From an uncultured Chloroflexia bacterium (lineage in GTDB: Bacteria > Chloroflexota > Limnocylindria > Limnocylindrales > CSP1-4), in contig CAWEIJ010000002.1 of the NCBI GenBank assembly GCA_963809215.1, forward strand, positions 1,108,201 through 1,172,200: a stretch of 64,000 nt of DNA, written 5' to 3'. A program made the position numbers and the translations under genes. Below, in pieces: positions 10,049 to 18,180 of this stretch (positions are counted from its first letter, which is position 1; each line of letters opens with the position of its first letter). Below the pieces are notes generated by a model that was given only the letters and a program-made list of their open reading frames with translations, did not search any database and was not told the origin of the DNA.

Positions 10049-10713
10049 CGGAGCGGCGCCTGGGGTCTGCCCCGGACACCGACGACCCGATGTTCGGCGC
10101 GCCGAGCGAGGGCGCCCCGGGAGCGCTGCTCGTGGTGGTCTCGGGACCATCGGGCGTCGGAAAGGACACGATCATCGACGCCCTGCGGGCCCGGCCCGGC
10201 GGACGCGACCACCATTACGTCGTGACGTGCACGACCAGGCTGCCACGCCCTGGCGAGACGGACAGGCTCAGCTATCACTTCATGTCCCGCGAGCGATTCG
10301 CGGCGCTGCGCGACGCCGGTGCGTTCCTCGAGTGGGCCGAGGTCCACGGGAACCTCTACGCGACGCCGCGGGCCGAGGTCCGCCGGGCGCTGGCGGCGGG
10401 CCACGACGTGATCCTCAAGATCGACGTGCAGGGCGCAGCCGCGGTCAAGGCCAGCGTCCCGGATGCCCTCCTCGTCTTCGTGGTGCCGCCGTCCCTCGAG
10501 GCGCTCTTCCGGCGCCTGCGGGCCCGGGCCACCGAGTCGGCGGGCGAGCTGGAGATCCGCCAGCGCAACGCGGCGATCGAGCTCGCGCGGCAGGGTGACT
10601 ACGACGAGGTCGTCGTCAACGAGGACGGCCAGGTGGAGCGCACGGCCGAGCAGATCGACGCGATCATCCGCGCGGAACGGGCGAAGCACGCCGATCGCCG
10701 CGTCGTCGTCTAG
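10045..10713 (+). CDS. gmk: Guanylate kinase
   Basis: ATGA overlap with rluD. P-loop SGPSGVGKDT, YHFMSRERF...EWAEVHGNLYATP. Confidence 0.93.
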   Translation: MTERRLGSAPDTDDPMFGAPSEGAPGALLVVVSGPSGVGKDTIIDALRARPGGRDHHYVVTCTTRLPRPGETDRLSYHFMSRERFAALRDAGAFLEWAEVHGNLYATPRAEVRRALAAGHDVILKIDVQGAAAVKASVPDALLVFVVPPSLEALFRRLRARATESAGELEIRQRNAAIELARQGDYDEVVVNEDGQVERTAEQIDAIIRAERAKHADRRVVV

Positions 10714-10717
10714 GGCG

Positions 10718-13246
10718 ATGGTCAGGGTCGTGCCGCGCGACGCGGCGATCGACCGGGCCGACCTCGGGCTGCTCGACGCGCCCGGCCCCGGGCGTCACGT
10801 GGAGGTCGCCGTCGACGCCGCCGGCGCGGCCGGCACCCGTACCTGGACGTATCTCGTGCCCGACGGGCTCGCCGACATCGGGGCCGGCGAGCCGGTCCTC
10901 GTCGAGTGGGGACGCCGGCAGGCGGTGGGGATCGTCCTGGGCGACGTCCCCGCCCCGAGCGGCATCACGGCGCGCCCGCTCGGGGCTCGGGTCCGCGCCG
11001 ATGGGCCGCTCCTGCCGCCCCTGGCCCTGGCGCTCGCCCGCGAGATCACGAACCACTACCTCACACCCCCGGCCCTGGCGATCCGGGCGATGCTGCCGCC
11101 AGGGCTGCTCGAGAAGCTCGAGCTGATCGCGACGCCGCTCGACGCCCCGGCCGCCGCGATCGCGTCCGCCGGGGTGGTCGCGGCCGGACGAGACCAGCTG
11201 GCCGCCGATCTGCTCGACGCTCTCGCCGGAGGCCCGCGGGCGGTCCGGGACCTGCCCGCGCCCGAGGGCCGTGCCGCGCTCCTGCGGCGCCTGCGAGCGC
11301 TCGCGGACGACGGACGGGTCCACCTCGAATGGACGCTCACCGCGGCGGGCGCGGGGCCGCGCCACGAGCGCCTCGCATCCCTGACCGACGCCGGACGGGC
11401 GGTGGCGGGTGGGTCGAGGGCGCCGGACGGGCGGCCCGTCGGGCCGCGCCAGCGGGCGCTCCTCGACGAGCTTGCTGCCCTCGCGCCGGGCGATCCCGGC
11501 GTCCCCGTGCCCGACCTCGCCAGCCGCCACGGACCTGGCGCCGCCTCGGCCCTGTCGAGGCGTGGCCTCGTGTCGTTCGCGACGCGCGAGATCCTCCGCG
11601 ACCCGCTCGCCGCTCGCCACCGGGCCGGACGCCGCGGGGCGCGCCCGGCCGGGAGCGACCTCACGCCGAGCCAGGCCGACGCGCTGCGCATCATCGTCGC
11701 GGCCATCGATGCGCGCGACCCGATGCCGCTCCTCGTCGACGGTCCGACCGGCTCGGGCCGGACGGCGGTCTACGCCGAGGCGATCTCCGCGTCGCTGGAG
11801 GCCGGGCGCCCCGCCCTGATCCTCGTGCCCGAGATCGCGCTGGCCCTGCCGCTCGTGGATCGGCTTCGGTCGGACCTCCGGGCCGACGTGGTCATGCTCC
11901 ATTCGGGCCTCGGCGAGGGCGAGCGCGCGGACGCCTGGCGGCGGATCCGTGGGGGCGCCGCTGAGGTGATCGTCGGGACGCGCGTCGCGGTCCTCGCCCC
12001 GCTCCCCGAGGTGGGCCTCGTGATCGTCGACGAGGAGCACGACGCCGCCTTCAAGAGCGACCGGACGCCGCGGATCCAGGCGCGCGACCTGGCCATCGTC
12101 CTGGGCCGGCTTGCGGGCGCGGCCGTCGTCCTGGGAAGCGCGACGCCGTCGGTCGAGACGTACGGGCTCGCCCGAGAGGGCGTCTACCGACGTCGCACGC
12201 TGACCGAGCGCGCCGCCGGAGCGGCCCCGCTCGTGGAGCTCGTGGACCTGCGGGCCGAGCTGGCGGCCGGCAACCGGGGCCTCGTCTCCGGCCGGCTGGC
12301 GGAGCTGATCGCGGCCCTGGACCCGGCCGGCGGGGAGCGGGCGATCCTCGTCATCAACCGTCGCGGTGCGGCCTCGGCCGTTCTCTGCCGCGACTGCGGC
12401 CACGTCCAGGCCTGCCCGGAGTGCACCCGCCCGCTCGTCTACCACCAGGCCGGCATGACGCTCCGGTGCCACCACTGCGGCGCCGCGGCGCCGATGGTCG
12501 CGCGATGCCCGGCCTGCGGCTCGCCGCGGATCCGGTTCCTCGGCGGCGGGACGGAGCGCCTCGAGGGGGAGGTGCGGGCGCGCTTCCCGGCGCTGCGCGT
12601 GGGGAGGCTCGACCGGGACGTCGTGGAGCGCCGGGGTGCCGCCGAGCGTCTCATCGACGCGTTCAGCGAGGGGCGTCTCGACGTCCTCGTGGGCACCAGC
12701 CTCGTGACCAAGGGGCTCGACGTGCCCGAGGTCACCCTCGTGGGGATCGTCTCGGCCGACGTCGCGCTGACGCTGCCCGACGAGCGCGCCGCGGAGCGGA
12801 CCTACCAGCTCATGGTCCAGGCCATCGGGCGCGCGGGCCGCGGGGAGCGTCGCGGACGGGCCGTGATCCAGACGTACCAGCCGGATCACCCCGCGATCCA
12901 GGCCGTCGTGGCGGGCGACGCGGACGCCTTCTACCGCGCCGAGCTCGCCCTCCGCAGGCAATTCGCGGCGCCGCCCTTCGGGCGGACGGTCAAGCTGACG
13001 GTGGGCGCCGAGGATCGCGACGTGGCGCTCGCGGAGGGCCGCGCGATGGCGGATCGTCTCCGGGCACGGGCCGCGAGCACGCCCTCGCCCGTCTCGATCG
13101 CGGGGCCTGCCCCGGCCTACGTGCCCCGCCGAGGGGGACGCTGGCGCTTCAACCTGGTGCTCCGTGGCGCCGATCCGGTGGCGCTGCTCGGGGGAGACCC
13201 GGGGCCGCCCTGGTCCGTGGATGTCGACCCGGAAAGCCTCCTTTGA
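10718..13246 (+). CDS. priA: Primosomal protein N' (replication restart helicase PriA)
   Basis: ATG 10718 lies inside ORF 10463..13246. Walker A GPTGSGRT, DEEHD, and a Cys-rich zinc module CRDCGHVQACPECTRPLVYH...LRCHHCG...CPACGS. Confidence 0.9.
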   Translation: MVRVVPRDAAIDRADLGLLDAPGPGRHVEVAVDAAGAAGTRTWTYLVPDGLADIGAGEPVLVEWGRRQAVGIVLGDVPAPSGITARPLGARVRADGPLLPPLALALAREITNHYLTPPALAIRAMLPPGLLEKLELIATPLDAPAAAIASAGVVAAGRDQLAADLLDALAGGPRAVRDLPAPEGRAALLRRLRALADDGRVHLEWTLTAAGAGPRHERLASLTDAGRAVAGGSRAPDGRPVGPRQRALLDELAALAPGDPGVPVPDLASRHGPGAASALSRRGLVSFATREILRDPLAARHRAGRRGARPAGSDLTPSQADALRIIVAAIDARDPMPLLVDGPTGSGRTAVYAEAISASLEAGRPALILVPEIALALPLVDRLRSDLRADVVMLHSGLGEGERADAWRRIRGGAAEVIVGTRVAVLAPLPEVGLVIVDEEHDAAFKSDRTPRIQARDLAIVLGRLAGAAVVLGSATPSVETYGLAREGVYRRRTLTERAAGAAPLVELVDLRAELAAGNRGLVSGRLAELIAALDPAGGERAILVINRRGAASAVLCRDCGHVQACPECTRPLVYHQAGMTLRCHHCGAAAPMVARCPACGSPRIRFLGGGTERLEGEVRARFPALRVGRLDRDVVERRGAAERLIDAFSEGRLDVLVGTSLVTKGLDVPEVTLVGIVSADVALTLPDERAAERTYQLMVQAIGRAGRGERRGRAVIQTYQPDHPAIQAVVAGDADAFYRAELALRRQFAAPPFGRTVKLTVGAEDRDVALAEGRAMADRLRARAASTPSPVSIAGPAPAYVPRRGGRWRFNLVLRGADPVALLGGDPGPPWSVDVDPESLL

Positions 13247-13284
13247 CCAGGCGGAGGCGGGACCCGCACGGCGGCGTGACCAAC

Positions 13285-13306
13285 GGTCGCGGGCCTGGGC
13301 GCGACC
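13285..13306 (+). terminator. GC hairpin downstream of priA (no U-tract)
   Basis: GGTCGCG - 8-nt loop - CGCGACC, 39 nt after the priA stop. Confidence 0.25.
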
Positions 13307-13438
13307 CGGGCGGAGGCGCGACCAGCGCTCGCGGGATCGTGCGGTCGCGAGGATATGCGCGCAAGGTTGCGGACGGCACTTGGCCGGCACCCGGCCGAGG
13401 GCGGAGAATAGCCGGAACTCGATGCAAGGAGACCCCCA

Positions 13439-13816
13439 ATGACCGACGAGCAGATCCCGCCGACCGAGCCCGCACCCGAGCCGCCCGCCGCCGATGACGG
13501 TGCGCCGCCGGATGGGAGCACGACGTCGCAGGGCCGCGAGTGGCTCGCCCAGCTCCAGCAGATGATCGACCAGATCGCCGCGCACGCCGCGCCCGTCGCC
13601 CGGGACGTGGCCGCCAAGGCGGCCGAGCTGGCTGCCGTCGCAGGCGAGAAGGCCGGCCCGCTCGCCAAGCGAGCGGCCGAGAAGACCGAGGAGGTCGGTG
13701 CGCGCGTCGCGGACCGCTCGCGCCGGTTCGCGGAGGAGATCCGGCATCGCGCGGACCCCGACGAGCCCCCGGCGGACCCGGGAGCCCCGGGCGGCGACGA
13801 GGGCGCCGGCGTCTGA
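13439..13816 (+). CDS. Hypothetical small Ala/Glu-rich helical protein
   Basis: ATG 13439 has a good RBS (AAGGAGA, 6 nt upstream). The central part, AAHAAPVARDVAAKAAELAAVAGEKAGPLAKRAAEKTEEVGARVA, looks amphipathic-helical. I recognise no family. Confidence 0.5.
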   Translation: MTDEQIPPTEPAPEPPAADDGAPPDGSTTSQGREWLAQLQQMIDQIAAHAAPVARDVAAKAAELAAVAGEKAGPLAKRAAEKTEEVGARVADRSRRFAEEIRHRADPDEPPADPGAPGGDEGAGV

Positions 13817-13888
13817 TCCTGCGCCGGGAATTGACGCGGACGAGGCGCGGCCCGGGCGACCGCAGGAGGGCCGCGCCCACGCCTCTCG

Positions 13889-13894
13889 TATACT
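13889..13894 (+). promoter_or_regulatory. -10 hexamer TATACT placed exactly 6 nt before the def ATG (leaderless geometry)
   Basis: TATACT at 13889..13894, spacer cgcgcc, ATG at 13901. No RBS is possible in this spacing. Confidence 0.45.
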
Positions 13895-13900
13895 CGCGCC

Positions 13901-14462
13901 ATGAGTGTCCTGCCGATCCTCACGCTCGGCGATCCGCGGCTCCGGCTGCGCGGACAGCCGGTCGAATCGCTTCAACAAGTTCCTGCACGGGCTCATCGAC
14001 GACCTGACCGACACCATGCGCCACGCTCCGGGCGTCGGCCTCGCGGCGCCCCAGCTCGGCGAGGCGCTCAACGTCGCGGTCGTGGAGGTCGAGGACCGGC
14101 TCTTCGAGCTGGTGAACCCGCGGATCGTCCGCGAGGACGGCGAGGATCGCGACCTCGAAGGATGTCTCTCGATCCCGGGCTACGTCGCCTACGTCACGCG
14201 CAAGGAGAAGGTCTGGGTCGTCGCCCAGAACCGCGTCGGACGGAGGTACAAGGTCGCCGGATCGGGTTTCCTGGGACGCGCGTTCCAGCACGAGCTGGAC
14301 CACCTGCAGGGGAAGCTCTACGTCGACTACCTCGCCTCGCCGGACGAGCTGATCCCCGTCGGGCGCGGGGGAATGGACGACGAGGAGGATCGTGCCGCGG
14401 ACGCGGCGCTCGAGGAGCGCGGGATCGACCCCGAGCGGGCCAAGGCGGCCTCCCGCGGCTGA
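13901..14462 (+). CDS. def: Peptide deformylase; one +1 frame break near 13960..13972
   Basis: The N-terminus MSVLPILTLGDPRLRLRGQPVE (frame of ORF 13901) joins FNKFLHGLIDDLTDTMRHAPGVGLAAPQLG...EGCLSIPG...QHELDHLQG (ORF 13905..14462). All three Def metal-site motifs are present. Length is 3n+1. Confidence 0.9.
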
Positions 14463-15400
14463 ACCCGCGCGGACGATCTTCTTCGGCTCCGGGACGTTCG
14501 CGGTCCCGGTCCTCGAGGCCCTCGCCGCCGCGCCGGAGGTCACGCTCGTCGCCGTCGTGACCGCGCCGCCGCGGCCGGCCGGCCGGTCCGCGGAGCTCGC
14601 GCCGACCCCGGTGGGGGAGCGGGCGGCGCGGCTCGGGGTGCCCGATCCTCACCCCGGCCCGGCCGCGGGACCCGTCGTTCGTCGCGCAGCTCGCGTCGCT
14701 CCACCCGGAGCTCGGGATCCTTGCCGACTACGGCAAGCTCCTCCCTCCCGTGATCCTGGACGTTGCCCCGCGCGGCATCCTGAACCTCCATCCGTCCCTG
14801 CTGCCGCGCCATCGGGGTGCCACGCCGGTCCCGGCCGCGATCACCGAGGGCGACGCGGAGACCGGGGTCACCGTGTTCCGGATGGACGCCGGGATGGACA
14901 CCGGGCCGGTGGTGGCGAGCGAGAGGTTCGCCGTGCCCGGCGATGCGGACGCCCCGTGGCTGGAGGCCAGGCTCGCCATCCTGGCGGCCGGCCTGCTCGG
15001 GAGGACGCTGGGACCGTGGCTCGGGGGGACGCTGGCGGCGGTCGCCCAGCCCGTCGACGGGGTCAGCCTGACGCGGCCCTTCCGCCGAGAGGACGGTCGG
15101 CTGGACGCCACGCGCCCGGCGACGTCCCTGGAGCGCCAGGTCCGGGCGCTTCGGCCCTGGCCGGGCACGTTCGTGGAGACGACGGGCGGCCGGATCGCGG
15201 TCCTGCGCGTCGCGGTCGCGCCGTCACGGGGTGACGACGAGCCTGGCCTTCTCGTCGGCGACGGCGAGGGGGGCATCGCGCTTGCGACGTCCGATGGTCG
15301 CCTGCAGCTGCTCGAGGTCCGGCCGGCCGGCGGGCGCCCCATGGATGGCAGCGCCCTCGTGCGCGGGCGTCCGCGGCTCATCGGCACCCGGGTGGGATAA
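14392..15400 (+). CDS. fmt: Methionyl-tRNA formyltransferase; one +1 frame break near 14641..14645; start uncertain
   Basis: ARTIFFGSGTFAVPVLEAL...AARLGVP (ORF 14392 frame) continues as ILTPARPRDPSFVAQL...LNLHPSLLPRHRGATPV... (ORF 14750..15400). There is no canonical start between the def stop and IFFGSG. GTG 14392 is the nearest in-frame start and overlaps def by 71 nt. Confidence 0.85.
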
Positions 15401-15401
15401 T
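15393..15401 (+). promoter_or_regulatory. Extended -10-like element TGGGATAAT just upstream of rlmN
   Basis: It overlaps the fmt stop codon. The rlmN ATG is 9 nt downstream of the hexamer, giving a very short leader or none. Confidence 0.3.
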
Positions 15402-15410
15402 CGCGCCTCG

Positions 15411-17300
15411 ATGACCGAGCCCTCCGTCCCGTCGTCCGGGCTGCCCGTGGCGCCCCCTGCCCGCGATCCTCGTCCCGGGGTGTCCGGCGTCGATCCGGCG
15501 AAGCTCGACGCGCTCCTCGCCGAGATGGGGGAGCCGCCCTTCCGGGCCCGGCAGGTCGGCGATGCCGTGTGGCGCTCGGACGCGGCGTCGTGGGACGCCG
15601 TGACGACGCTCGCCCGCCCGCTTCGGACTCGCCTCGCCGAGCGCCTTCGCTTCGACACGGTCGCGGAGACGGACCTCCGGCTCGCCGACGACGACGCGAC
15701 CGAGAAGGCGCTCCACCGGCTCTCGGACGGCCGCCTCGTCGAGAGCGTGCTCATGCATTACCCGGCACGCGGCGAGCGACGCGAGCGGAACACGCTCTGC
15801 ATCAGCAGCCAGGCCGGCTGTGCCGTGGGTTGCCCGTTCTGCGCCACGGGCGAGCTTGGCTTCGAGCGCGACCTCGACGTGGCCGAGATCGTGGACCAGG
15901 TCCGGCATGCGCGACGCCGGCTCGCGGCCCGGGGACGGCATCTCACGAACCTCGTCTTCATGGGAATGGGCGAGCCCCTCCTCAACCTCGACGCGGTGAT
16001 CGACGCGGCGCTGGTCCTGACCGACGGCGATCGCTTCGGCCTGGGCTCGCGCCACATCACGATCTCGACGTCCGGCGTCGTACCCGGGATCGAGCGCCTG
16101 ACCGCCCTCGGCCCGCAATGGACGCTCGCGGTGAGCCTCCACGCGGCCCGCGATTCCCTGCGCGATCTCCTCGTCCCGCTCAACCGGCGCTGGCCGGTCC
16201 GGGCGGTCGTCGCCGCGGCCGCGGGCTACGCGTCGGCGACGGGCAGGCGGGTCAGCTACGAGTACGTGATGATCGACGGCCTGAACGACACGGCCGCGGA
16301 CGCGGACGCGCTGGCGCGGCTGCTCGCCGGCAGCGGCAGCCACGTGAACTGCATCCCGATGAACCCGGTCGCCCACACGCCCTGGCAGGCCAGCGGACCT
16401 GATCGGATCGAGGCGTTCGCGGGCCGTCTCCGGGCCGCGGGCATCGGCGTCACGATCCGGCGGAACCGGGGCCAGGAGGTGGGGGCCGCCTGCGGCCAGC
16501 TCGCGGCCGAGCGCTCCGCGGAGCCGACCGCCGTCGCGGTCGCGCGGCGTCGCGAGCGGCTCGTCGCCGCGTCGGCGGCTGCGCTCGCCGGGGAGCGGAG
16601 CCAGGAGCCCCCGATCGAGGGCATGGCGTCCGTTGCCGGGCGGCCGCCGACGGAGCGCGTCCGCCCCGAGCTGCGGCGCCGCAGGCTCGGGCATTCGAGA
16701 ACGACGCGCATCGCCCGGACGCGGCGCGAACAGCCACGGCGCGCGGCGCCGCAGCGCGCGCGCAGGCGCCGCGCGGGATCGCGCCGGGCCCGAACGTCAC
16801 CCGCCCCACGCCGCGACGCCACGGCGCGCCGCCCCCGGCCGGGGAGCGGCCAACCCGAGTACACGCGGCGGCGGAGCGCCCGGCCACGGGGCGGCCATCG
16901 TCCCGGCCACGCCCCGAGGCGCAGCGGACAGCGGCGGAGCGGCCATCGTCCCGGCCACGCCCCGGGGAGCAGCGGACAACGGCCGAGCGGCCATCGTCCC
17001 GGCCACGCCCCGAGGCGCAGCGGACAGCGGCGGAGCGGCCAACCCCCGCGCGCCCGTCGTCGCAGCTCCCGGAGGTGCCTCGTTCCACGCCGCCGCGTCC
17101 TGGCACGACGTCGCACGCTCGTGCAGCGCGCCCTGCGTCCGGCCGCCGGCCCCCCGGTCCGCCCCGGCGGGACGGGCGCTGATGGGCGACGGACGCGCCC
17201 GGATCGCCGCCATCGATCCTCAACGCGAACCTTGGCAACCTCGCCTACGAGGTGCGGAGGGTCATCCGGGCCGGGGCGGACCGGATCCATCTCGACGTGA
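15411..17300 (+). CDS. rlmN: 23S rRNA/tRNA (adenine-C2)-methyltransferase RlmN (radical SAM). The recognisable core ends near 16520 and the 3' end is unresolved.
   Basis: ATG 15411 lies inside ORF 15231..17300. Radical-SAM CAVGCPFC, GMGEPLLN and C-terminal ACGQLAAE. Beyond about 16520 the frame stays open as Arg-rich low complexity through a tandem repeat and into rpe, which is implausible (see findings). Confidence 0.8.
   Translation: MTEPSVPSSGLPVAPPARDPRPGVSGVDPAKLDALLAEMGEPPFRARQVGDAVWRSDAASWDAVTTLARPLRTRLAERLRFDTVAETDLRLADDDATEKALHRLSDGRLVESVLMHYPARGERRERNTLCISSQAGCAVGCPFCATGELGFERDLDVAEIVDQVRHARRRLAARGRHLTNLVFMGMGEPLLNLDAVIDAALVLTDGDRFGLGSRHITISTSGVVPGIERLTALGPQWTLAVSLHAARDSLRDLLVPLNRRWPVRAVVAAAAGYASATGRRVSYEYVMIDGLNDTAADADALARLLAGSGSHVNCIPMNPVAHTPWQASGPDRIEAFAGRLRAAGIGVTIRRNRGQEVGAACGQLAAERSAEPTAVAVARRRERLVAASAAALAGERSQEPPIEGMASVAGRPPTERVRPELRRRRLGHSRTTRIARTRREQPRRAAPQRARRRRAGSRRARTSPAPRRDATARRPRPGSGQPEYTRRRSARPRGGHRPGHAPRRSGQRRSGHRPGHAPGSSGQRPSGHRPGHAPRRSGQRRSGQPPRARRRSSRRCLVPRRRVLARRRTLVQRALRPAAGPPVRPGGTGADGRRTRPDRRHRSSTRTLATSPTRCGGSSGPGRTGSIST
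16893..17041. repeat. Tandem repeat of three complete 48-bp units plus degenerate partial copies on both flanks
   Basis: Unit: GGCCATCGTCCCGGCCACGCCCCGAGGCGCAGCGGACAGCGGCGGAGC. Copies at 16893..16940 and 16989..17036 are identical. The middle copy (16941..16988) has 4 substitutions and no indels. GAGCGGCCAACCC flanks the block on both sides (about 16845 and 17033). Confidence 0.9.
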
Positions 17301-17874
17301 TGGACGCCCATTTCGTGCCGAACCTGACGTTCGGTGCCGGCACGATCCGGGCACTGCGACCCATCACGAAGGTGCCGTTCGACGCGCACCTGATGATCGC
17401 CGAGCCGGGCCGATGGCTCGACGGGTTCCTCGAGGCGGGCTGCGACTCGATCACCATCCACGTCGAGATCTCGGAGCCGCTCGAGCCCATCCTGCGGCGG
17501 ATCCGGGCGGCCGGCCGGGCCGCGGGGCTCGCAGTCCGCCCTGGCACGCCGCTCGCGTCGCTCGCGCCGTACCGCGAGCTCCTCGACATCGTGATGGTCA
17601 TGACCGTGGAGCCCGGCTTCGGCGGCCAGATCGTTCATGGCCGATGTCGCGCGGGCGAAGCTCCTGCCGGCCCGCGACCTCCTCTCGCACAAGCCGTGGG
17701 GCGGCGAGGTCCACGTGGATGGCGGCGTGAACCGCGAGACCGCCGAGCTCGTGGGCGGCCTGGGAGCCGACGTGCTCGTCGTGGGGACCGCCCTCTTCAC
17801 GAAGGGCCGCGACCAGGCCCGCGAGGTCCGCCTGGTTCGGTCGCTCGCGGACGAGGGGTTCGCGAATGAGCTGA
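17182..17874 (+). CDS. rpe: Ribulose-phosphate 3-epimerase; two clear +1 frame breaks, a probable third near the 3' end
   Basis: MGDGRARIA (ATG 17182), then PSILNANLGNLAYEVRRVIRAGADRIHLDVMDAHFVPNLTFG...MTVEPGFGGQ (ORF 17252 frame), then FMADVARAKL...VHVDGGVN...VVGTALF...LADEG (ORF 17637 frame). There is no in-frame stop at the expected end. TGA codons lie in the other two frames at 17867 and 17872. Confidence 0.85.
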
Positions 17875-17906
17875 ACCATGGCGTGCCACCACGACCGCGC
17901 GACGAG

Positions 17907-18180
17907 ATGGTCCGCTTCGCGCAGCTGCCGAAGCACCTGGCCGGGCCACTGCGGGACGCGATCGAGAAGCTCGACGTTCCCGTGCTGATGCTGCGCGGCG
18001 ACGGCCAGATCAACCCGGACGGCGTCCGCGACTACGACCTGCTCGTCCCGCGCAGCGCCGAGGGCTGGGCCCGCGACCACTTCTCCGATGCGCGCGATGA
18101 CTGCGACCGCGGAGGCCGATGCGTGGCGGGCGCGGCTCGTGGCCGCGGGCGGGGGTGCGCGGCCGGATCCCGGGACCTGA
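17907..18180 (+). CDS. Hypothetical small protein (or unexplained extension of rpe); probable +1 frame break near 18085..18095
   Basis: A coding-like stretch MVRFAQLPKHLAGPLRDAIEKLDVPVLMLRGDGQINPDGVRDYDLLVPRSAEGWARDHF lies in frame with the last rpe segment. The +1 frame then reads ...AMTATAEADAWRARLVAAGG...* and stops at 18178..18180, 3 nt before the dtd GTG. Confidence 0.35.

Noticed and set aside
16893-17041. The 48-bp tandem repeat considered as a possible CRISPR array.
   Set aside because: The units abut directly with no spacers. There are only three copies, no cas genes are nearby, and the repeat length is a multiple of three. It is a minisatellite-like tandem repeat, not a CRISPR.
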